Shown here one piece after another: positions 35,738 to 35,922 of a DNA stretch of 35,922 nt. Below the pieces are notes generated by a model, which saw only the letters and a program-made list of their open reading frames with translations, was not told where the DNA came from and did not search any database. Numbering within the stretch: position 1 is the first letter of the stretch; each line of letters begins with the position of its first letter. Made by a program: the position numbers and the translations under genes. Origin of the DNA: Octopus bimaculoides (lineage: Eukaryota); the NCBI RefSeq assembly GCF_001194135.2, contig NC_068999.1:23153660-23189581 (forward strand), written 5' to 3'.

Positions 35738-35922
35738 CTAGCAGTATAACCCGACCTTGTCCGGGTGTGACTTATTATGCCATCTACGATAAGTCTTGCT
35801 AGCTGAAAATCAACTAAAAAAGAAAGCCTTACAACGAAAAAACCCTTATGATGTAAATATGTTCATAATTCAAAAGATGATGAAATTAATAGGGAAAGTC
35901 TGAAGGATGTTTTGCGTAAAAT
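35737..35922 (+). mobile_element. Helitron-like element start, runs off the window
   Basis: (TA)n-ACTAG followed by hairpin ACCCG...CGGGT (35749-35766). Confidence 0.5.

Overview
AT-rich, microsatellite- and SINE-dense animal DNA with four N gaps. The SINE families and the gaps next to microsatellites suggest an Octopus short-read assembly (inference). The main host gene is a four-exon minus-strand CIMIP2C/FAM166C/C2orf70 orthologue (ciliary microtubule inner protein). Its coding exons are 15109-15039, 9655-9382, 5838-5726 and 1261-1153, giving 188 aa with GT-AG sites and consistent phases; the ORF track shows only the last exon. It appears to share a CpG-richer promoter (about 15.1-15.55 kb) with a divergent plus-strand transcript whose first donor is at 15542/15543. 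That promoter carries forkhead, RFX half-site and YY1-like motifs. I could not identify the coding exons of the plus-strand transcript. The rest is a layered transposon landscape: two dead DD34D mariners, a Penelope GIY-YIG relic, a 5'-truncated R4/Dong-like fragment inside a stack of (AAT)n-embedded SINEs, nested TTAA/piggyBac-like MITEs, a Tigger-like MITE, Helitron/Helentron-like ends and several SINE families. I cannot support a new biological system with confidence. The best leads are the divergent ciliary promoter and its unknown partner, the (AAT)n insertion stack, inverted SINEs flanking exon 2, and a perfect 25-bp inverted repeat around (TA)n.
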